64,000 nucleotides of DNA from Paraspadella gotoi. Taxonomy: Eukaryota > Animalia > Chaetognatha. The DNA lies in assembly GCA_051294375.1 (NCBI GenBank), contig CM119264.1, positions 11,631,030 to 11,695,029 of the forward strand, in the 5' to 3' direction. Positions 1 through 11,611 of this stretch are shown piece after piece. The notes under the pieces were generated by a model. That model ran no database searches, was not told the origin of the DNA, and was given only the letters and a program-made list of their open reading frames with translations. How positions within the stretch are numbered: the stretch's first letter is position 1; every line of letters begins with the position of its first letter. Made by a program: the position numbers and the translations under genes.

Positions 1-194
1 GTCAGGAGGTCACCCCTTTCCCCGAAAGAAGACATGATGGCGACGATGCCTTTTCCGGGTTTTCACAAAACGAAGAATGGATGATACTCCTTTTTCTTTA
101 TTTCCTTTTTTTTTTTAAGATAGAAAGAAAAGATGGAGAAAAGGATGGAATTGTCGGTAAAGTGGGTTGGGTGAAAATAAAATAAAGGTCGTCA

Positions 195-197
<3 letters not shown>

Positions 198-253
<56 letters not shown>
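198..253. repeat. (GA)n microsatellite (representative; dozens of GA/CT tracts throughout, e.g. 1354-1402, 1476-1534, 9797-9848, 13790-13890, 40981-41061)
   Basis: Perfect dinucleotide run. Confidence 0.98.
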
Positions 254-257
<4 letters not shown>

Positions 258-1352
258 AGTTCTCAAAATGGCTTCTTAAGAGCAGAGTCTTCCTTTTTTG
301 CCAAGAAAAATATTCTGCTTTAAAAAAAAGGATCAAGTGTGATGTTGGGAAATTAATTTGTCATCGCCGTTTTAAAAATAGTCATTAAAGTGTTTGTTTC
401 GAAATAAATTGCTTGTCAAGCCCAAACACTATGTACATTTATGTTAATAAGACGTCTCTTGACTAAGCGATTTAATTAAATTTTTAAGTGGAGAAGCGAA
501 GAGGCGGCGACGACGACGACGACGGTGACGACGACAGCGACGACGACGCGTCCATTTATTTTCCGATGTAAGTCGTTAAGGTATTAAGGGCGAAGTAATA
601 ATTAGACGGAAATGTTCGTGGTTGCATTAAGGTGGCCCGTGGGAATAGGCTAATTAAACAAAGTAAAAAAGATAAAACGGAATCACCGCCTTCTTGAAAC
701 GCCTTACAATTACTACAGAATTAGCTCGGCTAAAAAAAAAGCGACGGATGATGGGAAAACCTTTGAAAAGTCAATCACTAAAGCGTCGCATCAGCAGAAA
801 AACATCGGCGCGCGTTCATATTTTATCGTCTCACTAAACAAAGTCTACCAGAGCGAAAGGAATCGATCAGGTTTTGAAAGGAATGAATAAAAAGTCATCG
901 CGAGAAAAAAAAAAAAAAAACACGCGACGCCTCTCGGTGAAAAAAAAAGTCATCGACCGTCGGAGGAATTCCATCGATCCTCACAATCACGGAGGATCTT
1001 CGGTTCACCGGCGCCGGAAAGAAGCCGGGAGACGGCGTTTCCATCGGCGGGCGGAGAAAAAGACATTCGCCCCCCGCCGAACGCCTCCGTCGACGAAGAG
1101 AGAGAGAGAGAGAAAAAGAAAGGAGAGACTTTAGAGAGACAATGGAAAACAATTTGAGGAAAAACCGTAATGGGCCCATTAAAGGAACCTTTAAAAAGAA
1201 AGGGATATATATGGAAACAACGAGATATTTCTTTTCTTGTTCTTTCGCCGATGCGAATGGAATGTGGGCGGGGGCGAGTGAGGAAGGGAGGAAGAGGGAA
1301 GGGGAAAAGCAGAAGGAGAGGAAAGCAAAGAGTGAGAAACGGGTTAGAGAGC

Positions 1353-1405
<53 letters not shown>

Positions 1406-1469
1406 AAATGCTGATTACTATTTGGGGAATTGCCTTCCTATCGTCGTTGGTTAGCGAATTTAAAGAAAA

Positions 1470-1537
<68 letters not shown>

Positions 1538-1791
1538 TTGTTAACCGAGCGACATTTGAATAATGGATACTTAGAGCGAGTTTAAAAGCTGAAAGCCTTT
1601 TCTTGAACTCCTCTCCCCTTTCTTTTTCACAACCTCACCATTCACAATTCTCCGCCCTTAATCCTTCGCCCCGCTTCCCGCTTTTCACTGCCTTTTCTCA
1701 CCTCGAAGTTTCACAAATCACTCGGTGGTTTTATAAAGAGCCAACTCTCTCTTACCCGTCGAGTTCTCGGCTTGCGTCCCGGTTATCGCTC

Positions 1792-1841
1792 TCCGCTTCT
1801 GGTTCCGCTTCCGCTTCCGGTTCCGCTTCCGCTTTCGCTTT
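1792..1841. repeat. Hexamer minisatellite (TTCCGC/TTCCGG)n
   Basis: tccgcttctggttccgcttccgcttccggttccgcttccgctttcgc. Confidence 0.8.
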
Positions 1842-2181
1842 CCCTTCTACTCTTGTTCTCCCTTCGTTGTTTCCGCTCCAGTTTCCGCTCCATCCCTTTC
1901 GCTCCTCTCTGCAAAACTCTATTCTTTTATATGGATATAACTCTGTCACAGCAACAACTCCTCCTCAGCCACTCCAACTCCTCTCCCACCAAAACCACCT
2001 CCGCTCCAGTTCAACCTCCTCCCGCTCCCTCTCCTCCGCCTCTCGCCAGTTTTCACTCGCATCCGTCGCCCGCGCGTGATCGATGTCACTGTGAAAACCT
2101 CTCTCACTTGGTCGCCATGGAAACCGAGAGAAAAATATTACCTGGAAAGGAGCAGGGAGGACTAGAAAACTCACTTTCTAC

Positions 2182-2257
<76 letters not shown>

Positions 2258-2899
2258 CTCTCTCTCGCTCTCTCTTCTCACCATCTCCCATATCGCTCGG
2301 CTTTGGGTTTGAAATCGTCTTCCATTTCACAATCGCCATTTTCTCTCGATTCACTGATCTTTCCGACGACCATTGTTGTCGGAAATCGATGGTGATGAGG
2401 AGCAGGAAGAGGAGGAAGATGTGAATCAGGAGGCGAAAAGAAAAAAAAAAACAAAAAAACAAAAACAATTAAAAAAAAAAAAAAATTCCGACTCGGTTTT
2501 CATTCGAAAATTTCCTCGAACCTTCGCGCCTCAGATTAACTTAACGACGCAACCGCTGAATCCAAGAAAACGGAGAAAAAAAATGCGGATAAAAAAAAGA
2601 GAAAGAAAAGAAAAGGAGGAAAGGAAAGAAGAAAAGAGGAAATAAAAAAGTACGAGCGGCCCGGAAAAAAAAAGGGAAAAACCCTTTAATTTAAAAAGAA
2701 AAGAACAGCGTCGTAGGGTCGTCCCTTTTTCTCGTTCTAACGGAAATAATGGAAAAGATGGCGACGCTAAAACAAAAGATATTCTTGGGGGGAAAAAAAT
2801 GAACGAACTTTTTCTTCGTTTAGCAAAGAAAAAAAAAAATTCTGTGTCTTCATATTCTGAGACAATATTTTATAGTTTAAAAGAAGAAAATTTGTAATT

Positions 2900-2905
2900 T
2901 TTATT
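2900..2905 (-). promoter_or_regulatory. Candidate polyadenylation signal AATAAA
   Basis: TTTATT on the + strand ~50 nt downstream of the putative stop codon. AT-rich context makes a chance match possible. Confidence 0.3.
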
Positions 2906-2952
2906 ATTTGACAAACTATTACGTCTATCCACGCGGTGGAGGCTACAAATAA

Positions 2953-3182
2953 TCACAGTTTCACCTGTCTGTGATCCGTTTTGTTTCGCGCGTTTTGCGC
3001 GATCACGACCGAGGAGTGCGAGGTCAAGTGTACGGGACCGGTGACGAGCGCGGCAATGTTGGCGTAGTTGTTGCTGGCGTAGTTGTTGTTGGCGTAGTTG
3101 ATGGCGGAGTTGAGATGGCGGGCGGGCGGATCGTCGCCTCGAGCCAGGGTCGTCGAGATCGTCTCATTAGCATAATTGGTGT
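2953..3182 (-). CDS. Probable terminal exon (5' part hidden in gap 3183-4092) of the IgSF receptor: cytoplasmic tail
   Basis: Minus frame reads TNYANETISTTLARGDDPPARHLNSAINYANNNYASNNYANIAALVTGPVHLTSHSSVVIAQNARNKTDHRQVKL* (TGA at 2953-2955). It is GC-rich, non-microsatellite sequence on the same strand as, and just downstream of, the TM exon. AATAAA follows ~50 nt after the stop. The link to the gene is inferred because the acceptor is in the gap. Confidence 0.6.
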
Positions 3183-4092
3183 NNNNNNNNNNNNNNNNNN
3201 NNNNNNNNNNNNNNNNNNNNNNNNNNNNNNNNNNNNNNNNNNNNNNNNNNNNNNNNNNNNNNNNNNNNNNNNNNNNNNNNNNNNNNNNNNNNNNNNNNNN
3301 NNNNNNNNNNNNNNNNNNNNNNNNNNNNNNNNNNNNNNNNNNNNNNNNNNNNNNNNNNNNNNNNNNNNNNNNNNNNNNNNNNNNNNNNNNNNNNNNNNNN
3401 NNNNNNNNNNNNNNNNNNNNNNNNNNNNNNNNNNNNNNNNNNNNNNNNNNNNNNNNNNNNNNNNNNNNNNNNNNNNNNNNNNNNNNNNNNNNNNNNNNNN
3501 NNNNNNNNNNNNNNNNNNNNNNNNNNNNNNNNNNNNNNNNNNNNNNNNNNNNNNNNNNNNNNNNNNNNNNNNNNNNNNNNNNNNNNNNNNNNNNNNNNNN
3601 NNNNNNNNNNNNNNNNNNNNNNNNNNNNNNNNNNNNNNNNNNNNNNNNNNNNNNNNNNNNNNNNNNNNNNNNNNNNNNNNNNNNNNNNNNNNNNNNNNNN
3701 NNNNNNNNNNNNNNNNNNNNNNNNNNNNNNNNNNNNNNNNNNNNNNNNNNNNNNNNNNNNNNNNNNNNNNNNNNNNNNNNNNNNNNNNNNNNNNNNNNNN
3801 NNNNNNNNNNNNNNNNNNNNNNNNNNNNNNNNNNNNNNNNNNNNNNNNNNNNNNNNNNNNNNNNNNNNNNNNNNNNNNNNNNNNNNNNNNNNNNNNNNNN
3901 NNNNNNNNNNNNNNNNNNNNNNNNNNNNNNNNNNNNNNNNNNNNNNNNNNNNNNNNNNNNNNNNNNNNNNNNNNNNNNNNNNNNNNNNNNNNNNNNNNNN
4001 NNNNNNNNNNNNNNNNNNNNNNNNNNNNNNNNNNNNNNNNNNNNNNNNNNNNNNNNNNNNNNNNNNNNNNNNNNNNNNNNNNNNNNNNNNNN
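3183..4092. other. Assembly gap (largest; others at 5707-5949, 7394-7418, 24238-24344, 25640-25664, 38313-38402, 38763-38951, 40248-40272, 40575-40862, 45992-46016, 56031-56055, 63594-63799)
   Basis: Runs of N; five are exactly 25 N. Confidence 0.99.
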
Positions 4093-4852
4093 AAAAGGAA
4101 AGATAGCATTTCTTTCTACCTTTTTCCCCCTCACCCTATTTTCCATTACCCTTCAGAGTTCAGACTATTTTTCCTCCTTCTTTTTCAATTTCGCTCCTCA
4201 TCTTTTTCAATATTCCAAACTTAGGCTCATTCTTTCTACAGCCAAACCCGCTTTCTGCCATATCCGCATCTTCCATCCGTTGGTTCACGATTCTGTTAAA
4301 AAAAACAAGAAAGAATTCGTCGTCTCAATGATTAGTTTTTTTTATTCATTTGAGAAAAGACGAGATTAGCCGTCGAAAACAAAGAAACGCCCTCGACGAG
4401 ATTGTCATTTTATTGTGATTTTTCCATTTCTTTGGAATTTGTCGGTATCGTCTTCGTCATCGTCGGTATCATCGCTGTTGTCATCGTTATCGTCGTTGTT
4501 CTAGTTGTCTCTTGGTCAGCTTCATAATTGTGATAATAACTACAGATGATTTTTTGTATTGCATTGTCATTTTAACATCATCGTCGTTGAACTCATACCA
4601 AGCATCAGCAAGCTTTTCCATTACTCTTGTTGACTTAGCCTAATCGATTTATGAAATTGGTATAACCAATATGAAAATTAACTATCCATTTAATGAATAA
4701 ATTTTCTTGCCCCTGTCTTTGGATAGGCTATCTTGGTTTAAGGCCTCCATCGCACTTGGAAGTTAATAACATAACAGGACCCTGCAGGCTTTCAATCAAG
4801 ACTCTCTCGCAGTCAGCGAACATATTTGTGGTCGACTTCGTGGTCTTCTCAC

Positions 4853-5043
4853 CAGCGGTGGTGGTGGCGCTGTGCTCCGTCCTCGCCGTCCTCAGGAGGC
4901 CCTTCTTGTGGAGGAGGATGAGGAGGAGGGAGAGGCAGACGAGGAAAGTGGAGACGATGCAGAGTAGGGAGAGCTCGAAGAGGCCGAGTCGACCCCAGTA
5001 CCTCGTCGCACCCAACTCGTCCAGGATCTGCACAGTCTGGGAG
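4853..5043 (-). CDS. IgSF receptor transmembrane exon (E7)
   Basis: Acceptor cccgactcctcag|C (phase 2, completing AG|C=Ser from the preceding Ig exon). Reads SSQTVQILDELGATRYWGRLGLFELSLLCIVSTFLVCLSLLLILLHKKGLLRTARTEHSATTTA: hydrophobic helix followed by a basic stop-transfer HKK. Candidate donor GCTG|gtgaga at 4852-4851. Without splicing the frame runs on to TAG at 4728-4730. Confidence 0.8.
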
Positions 5044-6729
5044 CTGAGGAGTCGGGAAGGGGGCGTGGGGATGGTTTAGGGGGGGGGGTGGAAGGGGAAA
5101 TGGGAGATGAAGGATTTAAAAACTGAAAAAAATATGGAGCATGTTAATATTAATTATGTCGATTCACTATTTTAGCCTCTCTAGCTCGTAATTTTAGACA
5201 TTTTATTTTAAAATTGAAGCATTTGAAAATGTTAAACACAGTTCTTTCGAAATAAGAGACGATGATAAAAGATAAATCTCGCAGTTTTGTTTGTTGACGC
5301 GGTGGTCGCAGTCTCCGCTCTGTTTTGACTCGCGATGCGTCGCTATTGTTTCGCACTTCGCCGCTTTTGTCGCTCGCGCCTTTCGAGCGAAACTCGAGAT
5401 CGCCAACGTTTATAGCCTCGTTTGCGAAACGATCTTTCCAACGCGCGGGCATTTTTAAAAGTGATCGCTGAATCAAAACCCTTCCTTTAAAATATATGGA
5501 ATCGTTTCTAATTGTGGAAGAAAAAAAAATCATCATTTGCTAAAATCCCTTTCGTTGGGAAAAAGACAAAATGATAAGAGGGAAGGAAAAAAAAAGGAAA
5601 ACGAAAAAAAAAAGAATCGATTATTTTTTTATCAGAAAACATCGGGCAGACAGAAACAATTAAAAATGTATTGGAGGAAAAAAATATGAAAAGACTGAAA
5701 CCGGAANNNNNNNNNNNNNNNNNNNNNNNNNNNNNNNNNNNNNNNNNNNNNNNNNNNNNNNNNNNNNNNNNNNNNNNNNNNNNNNNNNNNNNNNNNNNNN
5801 NNNNNNNNNNNNNNNNNNNNNNNNNNNNNNNNNNNNNNNNNNNNNNNNNNNNNNNNNNNNNNNNNNNNNNNNNNNNNNNNNNNNNNNNNNNNNNNNNNNN
5901 NNNNNNNNNNNNNNNNNNNNNNNNNNNNNNNNNNNNNNNNNNNNNNNNNAAAACAAAAGGGAATTCTCATTTTTATCATTTCCTCCAATCTCTCTCTCTC
6001 TCTTTCTTTCTCTCTCTCTCTCTCCCTCGCTTCACGCCCCCATTCCTCTCACGTCGGTAGTGCTGTTTATTCTTCGCTTCTTTTCCAACTTCCGTTTTTT
6101 TTTCTCGAATCGCGTTTCCTCCATTTGTTCTCCGGTTCTCAACTCGTTTCCTTTTTTCTTTCCTCCGTCTCTTCTTCGTTTCTCTTTCCTTTCTCGGTCT
6201 CATGACTTTGGTCCCGACCGCGACGCTGTTTCGTTGCTCAGTTTTAAATTTCATACCTCGTTCTTAATATAACTAATTTCTAATCATCTCTTTCTTTTAA
6301 TTAGGATTAAATTTATCTTGTAATTCACTTTTTTTTTCACTTTGCGAAGTATCTCACCCACTCCCTTAATCTCGCATCCCTTGTTATCCTATTTATCTCC
6401 ATATTTCTATCTCGTCCTGCCACACATTCCTCAGTTCCTCATTCCATCATTTCTCACGTTCTCCCACATCCACTTTTTTTAGTCTTATGTCCTTTCCCTT
6501 TATTTCCATCTCATCTTCTCCCGCCCTGTCATTCACATTCCTACCCTCTCGTTTTTCGTTTCCTTCTCACCTCTTTCATAAACTCCTTTTTATCTTCTCT
6601 GCATTTCTCCTCATCCTCTCTTTCCCCTCTCATCTTCTTCCATCTTCTCTTTCCTATTTTCCCAGTTTCTTCGAAATCTTCTTCACTTTTCCTCTCCGTT
6701 TATTATTAAAGATTCGCTCATCGTCTTTA

Positions 6730-6764
<35 letters not shown>

Positions 6765-8525
6765 TCTCTCTTCTTGGACCGGCATTTATTATTTATAAGA
6801 TCTTGTACAATAACGAGCTGAGGAAGCGACACGTACACACCCTCTTTCCACCGAAGTGTCACTTGCTCCCTTGGTCCTTACCCTATGATACTTTCTCGCC
6901 GTTCTTCCTCAGCTCTGATAACACATTCTCCCCGTCAACGGTCTTTCCTCGCCATATCTCCCCCCCCAACCTCACCTCCGCCTCGCCCGCCTCCCTGCCC
7001 CCTATTCTTTTTTTCGTCTTTGTCCAATGAGCCATTATCTTTATGTCAAGCCTTTCCCAAGGTGGTCGTAATCGTCGAAGGATTCCTCGCGTTCCGGACC
7101 CGCGATTCGAAGAATGAAGAAAAAAAATATTAAAAAGAAGAAAGAAAGAAAAAGAAAAGAAAAAGAAATTTAAAAAAGGGAGAAAAAAAAAAGAATAATA
7201 ATAATCCCGGGAAATCTCATTACTTTTCCTTTTCCTTTTTTATCCTTTTTTTTTTAAATTCCTTTCTCGCTCGTTTCTTTGTTATTGAATAAACAAGGGC
7301 GCCGATTTCTCGATAAAAAAATAAGAAAAATAATAAAAATAATAAAAATAATGATGACGTCGGAACTCGAGAATCAGGAATAAAAGAGAACAANNNNNNN
7401 NNNNNNNNNNNNNNNNNNTTCGCTTGTTCGAAAATTTTCGAAGAAACAAGGCTTTGCTCTTCTCCCTCTCCTCTCGTCCTCCTCCTCCCCTCTCTCTCTC
7501 CTCTCTCTCTCTCTCATTCTCCTTCTCTCCTCTTTCTTCTCTCTCCTCTCTCTCTCTCTCACTCTCTTCGAGAGTTAGCAAAATGAGAGTACAGAGAAAA
7601 GGCGCGAAACAAATCTGGGTGGGAGTGGGGAGCAAAGTAAGGGCGACAGCATTTGAGTCTTTCTCCGAGTCTTGAATCGAAATGAGGTATTTCGATCGGT
7701 TATGCCTTCGACGCTGGAAGAAAAAAAAGAATGAATAACGGAGACGACGATTCGGCGGAGGAGACGACGACAACGACGTCGATGCTCCAGCGCATGATGA
7801 GAGTCGACGATACCAAAAGCGACGACGAACACGAAAATGACGATGATGGCAGGCTGCAACGACGATGAAGACGATCAAGAGCGACGACGACAACGACGAC
7901 ACACGACGACAGCGACGACGATGCATACAACGACATGCACGACGACAATGACGTCAAATGGCATTGACGCTAAAAACGACGACAATGACGACGATGCTGG
8001 AAGCAGTGACGATGAAGACGATGCCGACATCGACGACGATGATGACGACGACGATGACGACAGCGAAGACGATAACGATTCGCGACAGCTACGACGATGA
8101 CGATGCCTCCAGCCGCGATGAACGACCACGACGACGAAAATCGCGACTCCTTTTGCCATCGTCGTTATCGTTGTCGTTTTGGTTGTCGTCGACGTGATAT
8201 TATCGAGATTCTGACGGGGAAATCATGTTTGGCGTTTTCAAAAAACACGGCGCTGCTGCGTCGTTTTGGCGGATCGAAAAAATAAAAATAATAATAATCT
8301 TTCTAGTTTCTCCGAGAAATTGTTCACGTTTTAAAGGCATTAGATTTGAGCCGAGGAATTTTAAAAAACAGGCACACTAAAGCTTTGGAAGCGGATGGGA
8401 ATTTTAAAGAAGAAACGGAATATATTTTTGTTATATTTTTCAAAACTAAATGCTCTTCAGAGTTAATATATCGTTTTAAAATCATAATCTTCAAGGAGAC
8501 GCTCCTTTTTCCCCCCGCTTCTTAC

Positions 8526-8756
8526 CTATGAACCCTGACGATGGTGAGATTCTTCGAGACGTTGCTAATGGTAACCGCGGACTTTGAGGACGAGCGTCTG
8601 ATCGCCGCTCCGTGGAGGAACTCTCTCTCCGATCTGTAATCGTGGACTTGACCAGAGTTGGCCGACGACCGACCTCGAACGCCCGCGTGGCCGAGACGGA
8701 GGAACCCACCCTCTTCCGTGTGGGGGTAGATGTACACGTGACGTTGCGAGGGGCCA
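8526..8756 (-). CDS. Duplicate of IgSF exon E6 (Ig4 C-terminal half); indel-disrupted in this assembly
   Basis: Near-identical to 20384-20609 with the same acceptor (ccccgcag) and donor (ATAG|gtaag), but with several 1-nt indels typical of raw long-read sequence. Confidence 0.7.
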
Positions 8757-9326
8757 CTGCGGGGAGAAATTGGGGGCGACGGGGAGAGGAGGTTTGTGGG
8801 TGAGTTGAAGAGAGTACGGAAGTGAACGAGTGAAAGGGAATGATGTGAGTAAAGAAAGGGAAGGTAAAAGGTGGAAGCCACGTCTCTCGGGAGCGGCGAA
8901 ACAAGAGGAGAAAAAGAAAATTATTATTTATTTTAAAAAACAATATGTATGCATGGTATATGGCGAGAGCAAGAAAAAAAACGCCAAAAAAAAAAAGCTT
9001 TTAGAAAATAACTAGTGAGAAAAAGGAAGAGAGAAAAAAAATGTTTGAAAAAAAAAGAGCAAGAGAAAAATGGGAGTCGCGGGTGGCGGGAACCAAAAGA
9101 CGGCTTGAATAATCAAGCCGCGACGTCCGGGCAGCGGCCGGCGCCCGTCGGTCGGCGCGTGGAGACCGGGAGCACGGGCGGGAGCGGCGCGGGACGGGCG
9201 GGCGGGTACGGGCGGGCGGGCGGAACAAACGCGAAAAAATCGATGGAGAACTAGAAAGAAAAACGAGAACTAGAAAAAGGTGGAGGTAGATGGAGAGGAA
9301 GAAGGGAGGAGATAGAGAAAGAGAGA

Positions 9327-9397
<71 letters not shown>

Positions 9398-9793
9398 AGA
9401 GAGAGAGAGAAAAGTGGTAAAATGTTCCTAATTAGTGACACGCTGCCGGGAAAAGCTTATTAGTCGAGGCTAAAGGGCAATCGATCAATGTTAAAACATT
9501 TCGTCGAGGTTTCCGAAAGAACATTAATTGTTCACCTGAACTCAATGTTCAAGAAATATTTTGTCTCACGAATATAAGTGTTGATAAGTGATAATTTTTA
9601 CAAAATGATTGCAAGATTTTTAAAAAATAAGAATGGGATAAAATTAATGAAATCGAATGAGGAACGAAGGAATAAAAGAGATAACAACAAAAGAGAGAAT
9701 GAGGAAAGAGATTTCGAGGATTTGACGACGAACAAACAGAATTTTTAGCTTCACAGGCCGGATTGCTTTTTTTTTTCGTTGGCAAATAGCGAG

Positions 9794-9851
<58 letters not shown>

Positions 9852-10089
9852 ACGACGCGCCAACTCCGTAAAATTGAAAACGGAAAAAAAAAAGTGTGAA
9901 CGTTTGGTGAACGGCAACGTAAAGACTCAGACGCGGAAGCCTTTGCGTCAGAGCCACATTTTGGGTTTCATTATTTTGATTGTATACAAAACTTATAAAA
10001 ACTATATAACTTTGCAATACGGCAGCGAATAGTTAATATTTAAAAAAAGAACCTCACTTAGACCTTCGAAATCCCACCAGCTCACTCAC

Positions 10090-10303
10090 CGCGGGGTTAG
10101 AGAGAATCTCGCAAGCCAGGGTGATGTTCTGCCCGCTGTGAGTCACACGAGATGGGACACATGATCTTCGGGGCGAAGACGTAACATGAGTGAAGCGGCG
10201 TTAGTCCCCCGATTTCTCTGAAATTGCTGAAGCGGTCAGCGTTAGGTGGGATAAGATGGAGTCACCAGCTGGGGATCCAGGTACAGGTTGAGACTGTACC
10301 ACT
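10090..10303 (-). CDS. Duplicate of IgSF exon E5 (Ig3 end/Ig4 start); indel-disrupted in this assembly
   Basis: Homologous to 22010-22228 (…FAPKIMCPIS…HSGQNITLACEILSNPA). Splice signals retained, noisy central part. Confidence 0.7.
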
Positions 10304-10904
10304 CTGAGAAAGAAAGAGGTGAGAGAAAGGATGGCATAGAAATTAATATATTTAAATGAATGAAATACATATTAATACTTGTTGTTCTAGCAGGTAAAAG
10401 CGATAGGAAGTTCTCGATTCGCTATTCTATACCCAAATCAATATCTATGACCATATCACTCTGTCCACCACCCCTGCTTTCGTCTCCCCCCCTTTCCCTT
10501 CACCGGCCACCGGTCGCGGCAAGATAACCATAAACAGGCGAGTATTGACAAAAAGGGATTGAGTTCGCAACGAGCGATGGCGTTGATGGCGGCGTCGGCG
10601 GCGTCGCCTCGACCGCGCCGTCAACGTCTCCGACGCCGGCGGCGATCTGACTTCCCGGCGCCGGGGAGATGCGCCTCACGCCCTGGCTTAGATTATGAGT
10701 TATAATCCCTTTTCTCTCAATATTCACAGAACCCTTTTGTTTTTTGTTGTTTTTTTTTCGCTCGGGCGGTCGGATTAAAAAAAAAAAAAAAAAAACAAGG
10801 GCCGGTTCCTTCTTTCTTTTTCTTTGTCCACTTTTGTCTTTTTGGTCTTCGAATCTTTCTCGTCTCGATTCTTTCGCCGGAGAAGCTCACCCACAATAAC
10901 TTAC

Positions 10905-11037
10905 CTGAATCTTTTCGACTTTCTGTCGCTCGCTGGAAGGTCGAACGGGATCGTGTAGAAGTTTCGGTAGATCCTACTGCATGTTGTACAAGGGAACAGA
11001 GGGGTTGGCGTAGACGTGGCAGGAAACTCGGTGAACT
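10905..11037 (-). CDS. Duplicate of IgSF exon E4 (Ig3 N-terminal half); indel-disrupted in this assembly
   Basis: RVHRVSCHVYANPSVPLYNMQ… after a (CT)n-cag acceptor, with a gtaag donor. An inserted base gives TAG where the other copy has TGG (Trp). Confidence 0.7.
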
Positions 11038-11038
11038 C

Positions 11039-11131
<93 letters not shown>

Positions 11132-11566
11132 AGAGAGAGAGAGCAGAATACAAACGAGAGATTATACGATAACAATGGCGGCCGGAAATCAATAAAACGG
11201 TTTCGTCTTCTTCGTTTTGTTGGTCGGTCGTTTAGGCGTGCGTCGTCGTCGTCTCTCGCTCATGGTTTTCTCCCTTATTTGTTTGTTTACGGTTTCGAAC
11301 TGACTCATATTAGGCATAGTGTCGTCGTCATCGCATCGTAGTGTTCTCAATTTTTTGTTTACGGTTTATAGCTAATATGGCAGTTGGAAAAAAGTTTCAA
11401 TTACAACATTAAAACTGAAAGTGTGAGAGTGAAGAGAGAAATAGAGACTCACAGAGAAAGAGATAGAAAGAACGAAGCGAGGATATCAAGATCCAGTGGA
11501 AATGAAAAATTGTCCGAGCCAATTTTTGTCGCATGGAATTTTATAGAACCCTGCGAGACGAGTTAG

Positions 11567-11611
<45 letters not shown>

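Noticed and set aside
115-2645. ORFs with poly-(ER) or poly-(SL) runs here and throughout the window
   Set aside because: Translations of (GA/CT)n microsatellites and A-rich tracts, with no domain signal or splice support.
2971-4369. The longest ORFs in the track (361-417 aa) and similar X-filled ORFs at 5.6-6.0, 38-41 and 63.5 kb
   Set aside because: Open only because they run through N gaps. Only the short minus-strand parts listed as exons are credible.
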